From the NCBI RefSeq assembly GCF_054482595.1, contig NZ_CM137008.1: 64,000 bases of DNA; one strand, given 5' to 3'. Under the pieces are notes generated by a model. The model ran no database searches and had not been told where the DNA came from. It saw only the letters and a list, made by a program, of their open reading frames with translations. How positions within the stretch are numbered: the stretch's first letter is position 1; each line of letters starts with the position of its first letter. Made by a program: the position numbers and the translations under genes. Positions 12,789-22,061 of this stretch are shown here, piece after piece.

Positions 12789-13010
12789 TCAGTTCAGAGT
12801 GACGTTCATCAGCCGGACATACGGGCCAAAACTGTCCTTACGGCGTTCAGCAAACACGGCCAGCACACCGGGAATATCCTGCACTTCACGACCGGTATAC
12901 GCCTCAGCACTGCCGTGCCAGCGGTATTTGCCGGTACAGAAAGGAAAAAGACGGGATGCCGGATGTTGTTGGTGAATACGCATGGCTTCACCACGGGTGA
13001 TGATTTTCAT
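12789..13010 (-). CDS. yeeT: YeeT/YkfH-family protein (DUF987, 73 aa)
   Basis: MKIITRGEAMRIHQQHPASRLFPFCTGKYRWHGSAEAYTGREVQDIPGVLAVFAERRKDSFGPYVRLMNVTLN, near-identical to recalled K-12 YeeT. Confidence 0.75.
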   Translation of the reverse strand: MKIITRGEAMRIHQQHPASRLFPFCTGKYRWHGSAEAYTGREVQDIPGVLAVFAERRKDSFGPYVRLMNVTLN

Positions 13011-13072
13011 AGTGTGATACCTCTGAAGACAGAAGATAAAAGTGCAAACAAGCGTGATGTGGTTGTGACGGG

Positions 13073-13549
13073 TTAAAGCAGACCATGTTCGGCAAAGGAG
13101 AAAACCTGGTTGCCACCGACTATCAGATGGTCCGGCACCCGGATATCCACCAGGCCCAGTGCCTGTACCAGACGTTCCGTGATAAGGCGGTCTGCCTTGC
13201 TGGGTGTGACTTCACCGGACGGGTGATTGTGCGCCAGCACCACGGCAGCGGCATTGTGGTACAGGGCGCGTTTAATCACTTCCCGGGGATGGACTTCCGT
13301 GCGGTTGATGGTGCCGGTGAAGAGGGTTTCACCGGCAATCAGTTGATTCTGGTTATTCAGATACAGCACCCGGAATTCTTCACGCTCCAGTCCCGCCATG
13401 TTCAGAATCAGCCATTCCCGTGCCGCACGGGTGGAGGTGAAGGCCACGCCGGGTTCATGAAGATGGCGGTCCAGAGTTTTCAGGGCCCGCAGAATGAGAC
13501 TGCGCTCGCCGGGCGTCATCTCTCCGGGCAGAAAGGAAAGCTGCTGCAT
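13073..13549 (-). CDS. yeeS: RadC-like JAB-domain protein (YeeS/YkfG family)
   Basis: Internal start MQQLSFLPGEMTPGERSLILRAL...; JAB metalloprotease motif HNHPSGEVTPSKAD. Confidence 0.8.
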   Translation of the reverse strand: MQQLSFLPGEMTPGERSLILRALKTLDRHLHEPGVAFTSTRAAREWLILNMAGLEREEFRVLYLNNQNQLIAGETLFTGTINRTEVHPREVIKRALYHNAAAVVLAHNHPSGEVTPSKADRLITERLVQALGLVDIRVPDHLIVGGNQVFSFAEHGLL

Positions 13550-13564
13550 TGTCCCTGCCTCCAT

Positions 13565-14050
13565 TCAGTCGATGATGCGCATAATGGCGCTGCATTCCGG
13601 ATGCTGCAGGGCGTAATCCCGCAGCCGGTAATAATGGACCGTCATGGCATAACACTCCGTACGACAGGCGTGATGACTGTACGTCATCAGACAGGCAGCA
13701 ATGCCGGCAGCTTCCGGACTCATTTCAGCGCGGTTACCGTTCATGGCATTGAACAGTACCCATGTTTCGTCATCATCGTCATCCGGTTCGGGTGCCATAA
13801 ATGCCCCGCCGTTGTTCAGGGTGTACAGATTCCAGATACCACCGCAGTAGTCTTCACACAGACGGTCCATCCAGCCGAAGACACGGGGCTCCAGGGCCAC
13901 CCACTGTGGAATGAGGCCAAAGTGCTGCGGCCAGAAGCTGATGCGCTGTTCATCAGGGACTATGGTGGCAACCAGCTGAGGCTGGTCATTCCCTGATGCA
14001 GCGGTTACGGAAACAGAAGGAGTGGTGGAATTATGCAAGACGGTTGTCAT
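13565..14050 (-). CDS. antirestriction protein, KlcA/ArdB-like (YafX/YfjX family)
   Basis: ORF track 161 aa; acidic stretch PEPDDDDDETW; conserved position upstream of radC-like gene in CP4-type islands. Confidence 0.6.
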   Translation of the reverse strand: MTTVLHNSTTPSVSVTAASGNDQPQLVATIVPDEQRISFWPQHFGLIPQWVALEPRVFGWMDRLCEDYCGGIWNLYTLNNGGAFMAPEPDDDDDETWVLFNAMNGNRAEMSPEAAGIAACLMTYSHHACRTECYAMTVHYYRLRDYALQHPECSAIMRIID

Positions 14051-14141
14051 GAGATTATTCCTTATAAAAAGTAAATGAATGGAAGAAATCCCGGGGGAAG
14101 GGACAGACGTGAGTCAGAACTGCGCTTTCAGGGAAACGGCA

Positions 14142-14960
14142 TCAGCGCATACTCTCCAGCAGCGTTTCAGCCATCACCCACAATGCGCGGTTGAGCTTAA
14201 TGTCGGTGTCGATGCTGTGAATGGCACGGGTATGGATACGTTTTCCTCTGGCACTGCGACCGGAAATCCCGCCTTTCAGCATATTCTCCTGAATGGTCTG
14301 ATAAGCACTCCACAGGTCCTTACCGTAATCCTCCCGGCGTCGTGGCGTCAGAATGTCGGCGGTGGTGACGGGCCGATGTTCGTCACCATAACGGTAAGTC
14401 AGTGCCGCCTGTGCCAGCGCCTGGCGTGCCGGTGGCGGCAGAATCAGCGACTGCATGGCATCACGCTTTTCCTCAATCCGGTCAAAAACCCCCACCACCT
14501 CGTAAGCCCCTTCAATAACTTTCTCCACCACATTTCCCCGGTGCGGAACACGCACTTCCCCCAGAGACTGACCACAGACGCATCCGTTCTGACAGACGAA
14601 CCTGAAGTAACCCGGCAGCATCTGGTAGCTGGAGGTACCGTCATGGGAGTTGAGCAGAATGATTTCAGGGACATGTTCTCCGTTTATCTCTCCGGCCCGC
14701 CGCAGACGCAGCATATGTTTTGTGTATCCCCGGCGGCCCGGGTCGCGCACACGGGTCTGGCAGGCGAAGAATGGCTGAAAGCCTTCCCGCTGCAGGCTTT
14801 CCAGTACGGTGATGGTGGGAATGTACGCATATCGTTTACTGCGGGAAGTATGCCGGTCTTCACCGAAAATACTGGGAACATAGTGCATCAGTTCTTCGTG
14901 TGTCAGCGGACGGTCACGGCGTATCTGGTTCGTATAACCAAAACGACTGGCTAGTCGCAT
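14142..14960 (-). CDS. DUF932-domain protein (YafZ/YfjQ family, 272 aa)
   Basis: MRLASRFGYTNQIRRDRPLTHEELMHYVPSIFGEDRHTSRSKRYAYIPTITVLESLQREGFQPFF..., matches recalled YfjQ/YafZ. Confidence 0.7.
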   Translation of the reverse strand: MRLASRFGYTNQIRRDRPLTHEELMHYVPSIFGEDRHTSRSKRYAYIPTITVLESLQREGFQPFFACQTRVRDPGRRGYTKHMLRLRRAGEINGEHVPEIILLNSHDGTSSYQMLPGYFRFVCQNGCVCGQSLGEVRVPHRGNVVEKVIEGAYEVVGVFDRIEEKRDAMQSLILPPPARQALAQAALTYRYGDEHRPVTTADILTPRRREDYGKDLWSAYQTIQENMLKGGISGRSARGKRIHTRAIHSIDTDIKLNRALWVMAETLLESMR

Positions 14961-15236
14961 AATTTGCTCCTTATGAATGAGTTAGCGGTATAAATGAAAA
15001 AGCCGCGTCTCCCGGAGAAGACACGGCCTGACAGATGAAATGAATGACGTTTATTGTCTGAGAAGCCCTTCACTGGCGAGCTGCGTATTTTTATGGAAGG
15101 AGATCACCCAATAACCCCATCGGGATCGGGTAATAACCGGCCAGACTGTGATCGATTCAGATGCCATTTGGCAGCAAAAGAGCCTTCGGCAATAAACGTG
15201 ATGTACAACCCGGCATATCTGTTACTCCCTGAAAGT

Positions 15237-15265
15237 AAAAGGCCCCGGTCATTATGACCGGGGCC
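15237..15265 (-). terminator. rho-independent terminator downstream of flu
   Basis: Hairpin ggccccggtca / tgaccggggcc (15241-15265) followed on the minus strand by ttttacttt. Confidence 0.6.
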
Positions 15266-15286
15266 TGAAGGGGAGTGACCTGATTA

Positions 15287-18133
15287 TCAGAAAGTCACAT
15301 TCAGCGTGGCCTGACCGTTATAGCCTTCGGCGCTGCTGCCGCTGACGCTGTGGGCATAACCGGCCTGAACGCCCAGGGTGATATTTTCCCGGACACGGGC
15401 TTCCAGTCCGGCCTGCAGGTCCAGTGACGTGCCATTCTGGGACGGTGAGAACGTCATGTTACTGCCGGCGGCGGCTGTCCCCATGCTCATGTCACCCCGG
15501 GAACTGAAGGTGCGGATAACAGAAGGCTGTACCCACCAGTTCACCGGCAGTTCACGCACACGGTGTTTTGCACTGTCGCGCAGGGTGTCACGGGATGAGG
15601 TGCCTTCACCAAAGCTCATATCGTTGTGGCTGCCCAGACGGAAGCCGGCACGCATATGTTGTGCACTGCCATGCCCGAACTTCACATAACCGGCGTTATC
15701 CTGGCCGTCATCCAGGGAAAGTCCCTGCCAGGTGTACTGCAGTTGTGGTTCCAGCATCAGGTTGTCAGTGATACTGAAGGGCAGACCGGTTTCCAGTGAG
15801 CCCAGCCAGCCCCAGCCCCGGGCGCGGAAGTCGTTATTGTCCGATGACGCTTTCATGCTGTGGCGGGTTCCCTGTGCCATAATGTCAGCCCACAGGCCGG
15901 AGGACGTGTGTACCAGATTCAGGTATCCGCCCAGGCTGCCGGCATCATCCCGGACCGTGCCGGCGCGGGAGCCGTCATCATCCTTAACATCAACGGAAGA
16001 ATGGCCAGCAGCACTATATACCCCCGCGGTCACAGACATACCGGCAACCTCTGTTCTCAGCAGGTCACTCTCCAGACGGACGAAGCCATAGCTGCCGCTG
16101 CTTTCCGGCGTGGCCCCACGGGCAATACCGCCGTTGTTATCGTGACCGAGATGACCGCCCTGAATGCTGAGACGGACGCTGTTATTTTCACCGTTTACAC
16201 CGGTCTGATGGCTGCGGGAGCCTGCCAGAATCCGGTCATAGTCCATTGCCTGTGTCAGCATGGAAGCATACAGGGGGACTTCAGCACGATAAGCATTTTC
16301 ACTGCGCAGGTACCAGTCTTCATCGCTGTCACGGTTCAGGGTGTAGTTAAAGGCACCGGCCTGAAGCGGGCGACTCAGGGCAAACGCACCTTCTTCTGTG
16401 GTGGCACCATTCTGTGCATCCACAACCCGGATACCCTGTCCGGAAGTTGCCACCCCGAGGTTACTGTTTCCGACATTTGTGAACGCAAGCCAGGTTTTGC
16501 CGGTTGCCTGACCACCATTAATCACCAGCTGGTCAGAGGCATTGCTGCCATCAAGGCGAACACGCATATTGATGGTGCCACCCTGACCGGTGAGGTTACT
16601 GGTGGTCAGTTTATGGAACGTTACCGGGGCGTCGCCTTTTGCAACAGCACGGCTCAGGACGGCATCCTGTGTCGTCTGATTATCAAAGCGAATCTCCCCT
16701 GCGTTAACAATATCGCCGGTACTGACCACATCACCATTCAGTACCATGCTGGCGCCTTTACTGAGCTGTGTTCTGCCACTCAGACTTCCCCCGGCAGCCA
16801 GCGTCAGTGTTCCACGATGTCCGACAGTGGTGTTGCCAGCCTGTCCCCCGGCATTAACCGTAAAGCTGCCGCCATTTTCCAGCAGCAGGCCGCTGGCCTG
16901 ACCGGATATGCCATCAATACTGAACTTACCGCTGGCATTGGTCCCCTCAACAGTGGCACCACTGTCTGCAATCAGGGCACCACCGGATGTCATGGTGACA
17001 CCTGTCGCCTTACCACCGGCAGACACTGCCAGGGTACCGCCGTCATCCACCCGTGTTTTCTGCGCTGAATGACCCTCCAGTACATCCAGACGACCGCCGG
17101 ACTCCAGAACAACACCGTCAGCCTTACCGTTTTCCACCGCGAAATTGCCCAGACGGTTGCTGCCGGTGACGGTTGCCGCCGTACTGGTGACCAGTGCGCC
17201 TCCCTGCTTCAGGGTGACATTCGTGGCTGTACCACCGGCGTTCACCTGCAGTTTGCCTTTCTGGTTAACGGTGGTGAAATCCGCCAGACCACCTTCCTTG
17301 ATAATCTGCCAGCCGTCACTGTTCACAACAGTGTCAGACGTTGTACCGCCGTTGTGTACATACTGGTTACCGCCATTCAGCGTGGTATCCAGTGCGTGGC
17401 CATGTACCGTCTGGTCGCCGCCGGCATAAACCACAGTGGTATTTGCTGTTCCTTCAACAGTCACAATCTGACGACCATTTTTATTGATGGTGGTACGTAC
17501 GGCATTTCCGCGAACAAACTGCCCGGTATCACCATTTTCTGCATCCGGTCCTCCTTCTGCGCCGGTATTCACAACGGTGTCTGTTGCCACTGCGCCGGGT
17601 TTGACGACCTGCCAGCCCTTATCATTAATGACGGTTCCTGTGGCTATCGCACCTTCATGCATCCACTGCTCGCCACCATTCAGCGTGGTGTTCAGTGCCA
17701 GTCCCTTCAGGCTTTGTCCGCCTCCTTCATTGATTATTGTGTCTGTAGCCTTTCCCCCGGCACCTACAAACTGGAGCCCGCCGCTGCTGATGGTGGTATT
17801 ACTGGCTGTGCCGCCATCCTGTACCCATTGCCCGCCGGTATTGGCCTCGTTATCCGTCCCATACTCCAGCCCGGTACTGATGGTCATTCCGTTGGTCGTA
17901 CCGAAGACAATCTGGTTGTCATGATTTGTCAGTGTTCCGCCGTTCACGGTTTCTCCCGCCTCTACAACCGTGTCAGCAGCCAGTGCCGGGACTGGCGTGA
18001 CAGCAGCAAGAGACAGCGCAACCGCCACACCGGCGCGTTTTCCCCGTGAGCGGGCCAGTTCGGAAGCCACCACCAGGGTGCCCGTAATGTGATTCCATAC
18101 CAGCCTGTAGCTGGTGTTCAGATGTCGTTTCAT
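15287..18133 (-). CDS. flu: antigen 43 (Ag43) self-associating autotransporter adhesin
   Basis: Start MKRHLNTSYRLVWNHITGTLVVASELARSRGKRAGVAVALSLAAVTPVPALAADTVVEAGETVNGGTL (ATG 18133 with aagga RBS); repetitive beta-helix passenger; C-terminal beta-barrel ending ...QATLNVTF. Confidence 0.9.
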   Translation of the reverse strand: MKRHLNTSYRLVWNHITGTLVVASELARSRGKRAGVAVALSLAAVTPVPALAADTVVEAGETVNGGTLTNHDNQIVFGTTNGMTISTGLEYGTDNEANTGGQWVQDGGTASNTTISSGGLQFVGAGGKATDTIINEGGGQSLKGLALNTTLNGGEQWMHEGAIATGTVINDKGWQVVKPGAVATDTVVNTGAEGGPDAENGDTGQFVRGNAVRTTINKNGRQIVTVEGTANTTVVYAGGDQTVHGHALDTTLNGGNQYVHNGGTTSDTVVNSDGWQIIKEGGLADFTTVNQKGKLQVNAGGTATNVTLKQGGALVTSTAATVTGSNRLGNFAVENGKADGVVLESGGRLDVLEGHSAQKTRVDDGGTLAVSAGGKATGVTMTSGGALIADSGATVEGTNASGKFSIDGISGQASGLLLENGGSFTVNAGGQAGNTTVGHRGTLTLAAGGSLSGRTQLSKGASMVLNGDVVSTGDIVNAGEIRFDNQTTQDAVLSRAVAKGDAPVTFHKLTTSNLTGQGGTINMRVRLDGSNASDQLVINGGQATGKTWLAFTNVGNSNLGVATSGQGIRVVDAQNGATTEEGAFALSRPLQAGAFNYTLNRDSDEDWYLRSENAYRAEVPLYASMLTQAMDYDRILAGSRSHQTGVNGENNSVRLSIQGGHLGHDNNGGIARGATPESSGSYGFVRLESDLLRTEVAGMSVTAGVYSAAGHSSVDVKDDDGSRAGTVRDDAGSLGGYLNLVHTSSGLWADIMAQGTRHSMKASSDNNDFRARGWGWLGSLETGLPFSITDNLMLEPQLQYTWQGLSLDDGQDNAGYVKFGHGSAQHMRAGFRLGSHNDMSFGEGTSSRDTLRDSAKHRVRELPVNWWVQPSVIRTFSSRGDMSMGTAAAGSNMTFSPSQNGTSLDLQAGLEARVRENITLGVQAGYAHSVSGSSAEGYNGQATLNVTF

Positions 18134-18339
18134 CAGCTTTTCCTTACAGAGGGTGAATAAAAAAGCCGGTACCCACAAATGTGGATACCGGCAGGTACAA
18201 AACAGCATGGTCAGATAAAGTGGTTTTTCCCGGACATAAATGCTTCCCCTCTCTCATCCGCCAGAGAAGTATCAGTCCGTTGTGTGCAATTCCGTTCTGC
18301 ATGATGAAGAGATTCAGCTGCCTTTTCGCAGACCATTAA

Positions 18340-18395
18340 CCACCATAAACGATCGATGACAACGATCGATACCTGTTTTATCGATCGTTTTATTC
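18340..18395 (-). promoter_or_regulatory. agn43 phase-variation switch: three clustered GATC (Dam) sites overlapping the OxyR operator
   Basis: GATC at 18351, 18364 and 18383 within 36 bp, ~220 bp upstream of the flu start; matches the known Dam/OxyR switch architecture. Confidence 0.7.
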
Positions 18396-18504
18396 TATTA
18401 ACAGCAAGGCAGTCACGCAAGGGAAAGAGGTGGGTATGAGGTGTTTGTATCATGTTTTCAGTTGGTTAACGCAATGTAATCAGGCATTTCCCCTGGCAGA
18501 ATGT

Positions 18505-19377
18505 TCAGAAGAAAATCCAGTTCCATACAGCGCGGGCAACAGAGACCACCGTGTCACGGACGACACGCAGAACCGTACGAGCCACAGAGGCAACACAGAC
18601 GCTCTCCGCCGTGTCAAATATCCGGTCCACCGCACCGGTAAACTGTTCACGGGCCTGCCCCCGGACAGATTCCGTGCACAGCTCGTCCTGCAGGCGGGTC
18701 ATCAGGGGACTGGCGGCATGGTCGGGAAGTGCTGTCATGAGCGCACTGACCAGCGTATCCAGTTCCCAGCCGGTGCGGGCCGATACGGCCACAACCGGAT
18801 GTACGGGCCGGAACAGACGGAATACCGCCTCCGTTTTTTCGCGAATGTTCTGTGCCTGTGCGGGAGAAGGCTGAATACCGGCCATATCCCATTCATGGCA
18901 GGGCTCCGTTTTATCGGCCTGCGTCACCACAAACAGCACCTGCTGATGTCCCCGGTGCAGGATGTGTCGCCAGAAATACTCATCCACAGACAGGGCACGG
19001 TCATCGGCTTTAATCAGCCACAGTACCAGGTCAAGTTCAGGCAGAATGTCACGGTACAGGGCTTCATACTCTGCATCCCTGTCCCGGCTCTCGCCCACCC
19101 CGGGCAGGTCAGTGATAACCATGCTGTGACCGTGGCCACTCAGACGGAAGCGCCGCACTTCCCGGGTGCCGGCGTGAACATCACTGACCGGGGTGACCTC
19201 CCCCTGAAACAGTGCATTACAGAGTGAGGATTTACCGGCCCCGCTTTTCCCCATAATGCCAATCACGGGTTCGTGACTGGTGAGTTTACGCAGATGTTCC
19301 AGGATGTGACGGGAAAGTGAGTAAGGCAGGGAAGAAAGTGGTTTTTCAATTGCCTCAATGGCATCAGACGGATTCAT
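18505..19377 (-). CDS. yeeP: YeeP/YkfA-family GTPase (50S-ribosome-binding GTPase fold)
   Basis: Internal start MNPSDAIEAIEKPL...; P-loop GIMGKSGAGKSS; DxxG motif DLPGVG. Confidence 0.75.
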   Translation of the reverse strand: MNPSDAIEAIEKPLSSLPYSLSRHILEHLRKLTSHEPVIGIMGKSGAGKSSLCNALFQGEVTPVSDVHAGTREVRRFRLSGHGHSMVITDLPGVGESRDRDAEYEALYRDILPELDLVLWLIKADDRALSVDEYFWRHILHRGHQQVLFVVTQADKTEPCHEWDMAGIQPSPAQAQNIREKTEAVFRLFRPVHPVVAVSARTGWELDTLVSALMTALPDHAASPLMTRLQDELCTESVRGQAREQFTGAVDRIFDTAESVCVASVARTVLRVVRDTVVSVARAVWNWIFF

Positions 19378-19640
19378 ACATGTATTCCCGGTGAAAAAAG
19401 ACAAAACCCCGCGCACCGGAAAGGTGGCGGGGGATTCACGGAGATAATATCTGTCTGAAATTATTTAGAATGCACCTGGTGCACTGCAAAGGAAAGGCAA
19501 TATTCCGTTCCTCCTCCTTGTCGTGAATACCCCAGGTATCTCACAATGTACACCGACTTACTCCGGGGCTGCCTGAACCACAAGATTGCTGTAGAATTGC
19601 CCCCAATGATTCAGGTCCAAACCAGGAAAATGGATTAAAA

Positions 19641-21212
19641 ATGACAAGTATTCAACAACGAGCAGAACTGCACCGCCAGATATGGCAAATTGCCAATGAT
19701 GTCAGAGGTTCTGTTGACGGATGGGATTTTAAGCAATACGTTCTGGGCGCGCTTTTCTACCGTTTTATCAGCGAAAATTTTTCCAGCTATATTGAAGCCG
19801 GTGATGACAGTATCTGTTATGCGAAACTGGATGACAGCGTAATTACTGATGACATTAAAGACGATGCCATCAAAACTAAAGGCTACTTCATCTACCCAAG
19901 TCAGCTTTTCTGCAACGTAGCTGCGAAAGCAAATACCAATGACAGACTGAATGCAGATTTAAACAGTATCTTCGTTGCTATCGAAAGTTCTGCTTACGGT
20001 TACCCTTCAGAAGCTGACATCAAAGGTTTGTTTGCTGATTTCGATACCACCAGTAACCGCCTGGGTAACACCGTTAAGGATAAAAATGCCCGCCTGGCTG
20101 CGGTTCTGAAAGGGGTTGAAGGGTTAAAACTTGGTGACTTCAACGAACATCAGATTGACCTGTTCGGCGATGCCTATGAGTTCCTGATTTCTAACTATGC
20201 GGCGAATGCTGGTAAGTCAGGCGGCGAGTTTTTTACACCGCAGCATGTCTCTAAGCTGATTGCACAACTGGCTATGCACGGGCAGACCCACGTTAACAAA
20301 ATCTACGACCCAGCCGCAGGTTCCGGTTCGCTGTTGTTACAGGCGAAAAAGCAGTTTGATGACCATATCATCGAAGAAGGCTTTTTTGGTCAGGAGATCA
20401 ACCATACGACCTATAACCTGGCGCGTATGAACATGTTTTTGCACAACATCAACTACGACAAGTTTGATATCAAGCTGGGCAATACGCTGACTGAGCCGCA
20501 CTTCAGAGATGAAAAACCGTTTGATGCCATCGTTTCTAACCCGCCGTATTCAGTGAAATGGATTGGCAGCGATGACCCGACGCTGATTAACGATGAGCGT
20601 TTTGCCCCGGCTGGCGTCCTGGCCCCCAAATCAAAAGCTGACTTCGCGTTTGTATTACATGCGCTGAACTATCTTTCGGCCAAAGGTCGCGCCGCGATTG
20701 TCTGCTTCCCGGGTATTTTTTACCGTGGCGGCGCAGAGCAGAAAATCCGTCAGTATCTGGTCGATAATAACTATGTCGAAACCGTGATTTCACTGGCACC
20801 GAACCTGTTCTTTGGCACCACCATTGCCGTAAACATTCTGGTGCTGTCTAAACATAAAACGGATACCAAAGTTCAGTTTATTGACGCCAGCGAACTGTTC
20901 AAAAAAGAGACTAACAACAATATCCTGACCGATGCCCATATCGAACAGATTATGCAGGTATTTGCCAGCAAGGAAGATGTTGCTCATCTGGCGAAATCTG
21001 TTGCGTTTGAGACTGTTGTCGCGAATGACTATAACCTGTCGGTGAGCAGCTATGTGGAAGCGAAAGATAACCGCGAAATTATCAATATTGCTGAACTGAA
21101 TGCAGAGCTGAAAACCACGGTCAGCAAAATCGACCAGTTGCGTAAAGATATTGATGCAATTGTGGCTGAAATTGAAGGCTGCGAGGTGCAGGTAATGACT
21201 CCAACTTATTGA
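19641..21212 (+). CDS. hsdM: type I restriction-modification N6-adenine methyltransferase subunit HsdM; last ~7 codons supplied by IS1
   Basis: 523 aa; SAM-binding motif [10 protein letters not shown] and catalytic NPPYS; C-terminus ...[14 protein letters not shown] reads into the IS1 inverted repeat (IS1 begins at 21191). No hsdS or hsdR nearby. Confidence 0.8.
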   Translation: MTSIQQRAELHRQIWQIANDVRGSVDGWDFKQYVLGALFYRFISENFSSYIEAGDDSICYAKLDDSVITDDIKDDAIKTKGYFIYPSQLFCNVAAKANTNDRLNADLNSIFVAIESSAYGYPSEADIKGLFADFDTTSNRLGNTVKDKNARLAAVLKGVEGLKLGDFNEHQIDLFGDAYEFLISNYAANAGKSGGEFFTPQHVSKLIAQLAMHGQTHVNKIYDPAAGSGSLLLQAKKQFDDHIIEEGFFGQEINHTTYNLARMNMFLHNINYDKFDIKLGNTLTEPHFRDEKPFDAIVSNPPYSVKWIGSDDPTLINDERFAPAGVLAPKSKADFAFVLHALNYLSAKGRAAIVCFPGIFYRGGAEQKIRQYLVDNNYVETVISLAPNLFFGTTIAVNILVLSKHKTDTKVQFIDASELFKKETNNNILTDAHIEQIMQVFASKEDVAHLAKSVAFETVVANDYNLSVSSYVEAKDNREIINIAELNAELKTTVSKIDQLRKDIDAIVAEIEGCEVQVMTPTY

Positions 21213-21958
21213 TAGTGTTTTATGTTCAGATAATGCCCGATGACTTTGTCATGCAGCTCCACCGATTTTGAGAACGACAGCGACTTCCGTCCCAGCCGTG
21301 CCAGGTGCTGCCTCAGATTCAGGTTATGCCGCTCAATTCGCTGCGTATATCGCTTGCTGATTACGTGCAGCTTTCCCTTCAGGCGGGATTCATACAGCGG
21401 CCAGCCATCCGTCATCCATATCACCACGTCAAAGGGTGACAGCAGGCTCATAAGACGCCCCAGCGTCGCCATAGTGCGTTCACCGAATACGTGCGCAACA
21501 ACCGTCTTCCGGAGCCTGTCATACGCGTAAAACAGCCAGCGCTGGCGCGATTTAGCCCCGACGTATCCCCACTGTTCGTCCATTTCCGCGCAGACGATGA
21601 CGTCACTGCCCGGCTGTATGCGCGAGGTTACCGACTGCGGCCTGAGTTTTTTAAATGGCGGAAAATCGTGTTGAGGCCAGCGCCCATAATGCGGGCGGTT
21701 GCCCGGCATCCAACGCCATTCATGGCCATATCAATGATTTTCTGGTGCGTACCGGGTTGAGAAGCGGTGTAAGTGAACTGCAGTTGCCATGTTTTACGGC
21801 AGTGAGAGCAGAGATAGCGCTGATGTCCGGCAGTACTTTTACCGTTACGCACCACCCCGTCAGTAGCTGAACAGGAGGGACAGCTGATAGAAACAGAAGC
21901 CACTGGAGCACCTCAAAAACACCATCATACACTAAATCAGTAAGTTGGCACCATTACC
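21191..21958 (-). mobile_element. IS1 (768 bp)
   Basis: Terminal inverted repeats ggtaatgactccaacttattgat (21191-) and atcagtaagttggcaccattacc (-21958); internal insA/insB. Flanking 9-mers differ (cgaggtgca vs caaaaatac), so no target-site duplication. Confidence 0.9.
21206..21903 (-). CDS. insAB: IS1 transposase genes insA (21628..21903) and insB frame (21206..21709); InsAB' made by -1 frameshift
   Basis: Ins[44 protein letters not shown]...; InsB ...[21 protein letters not shown]... Confidence 0.9.
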
Positions 21959-22061
21959 CAAAAATACATGCAACTAAAACAGGGTTATTTACAGACAAAT
22001 TTAAAATTAGCTGAAAGTTAATATTATTTTTTCGGAGCCTTTTCTGGCCCCGAATATTGCT

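Noticed and set aside
13085-14954. Plus-strand ORFs of 303 and 291 aa opposite the radC-like, antirestriction and DUF932 genes
   Set aside because: Antisense to conserved CP4-type genes; His/Gly/Val/Gln-rich low-complexity translations typical of reverse frames of GC-rich coding DNA.
15860-18049. Two long plus-strand ORFs (402 and 326 aa) opposite flu
   Set aside because: Antisense to a well-supported Ag43 gene in a GC-rich, repeat-rich passenger domain; Gly/Thr/Ala/Cys-rich low-complexity products; no RBS context.
18430-19227. 265-aa plus-strand ORF opposite the yeeP-like GTPase
   Set aside because: Antisense to a gene with a clear P-loop; no independent support.
19641-21212. hsdM as part of a complete, functional type I restriction-modification system
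   Set aside because: No hsdS or hsdR in the window and the 3' end is fused to IS1; treated as an orphan remnant.
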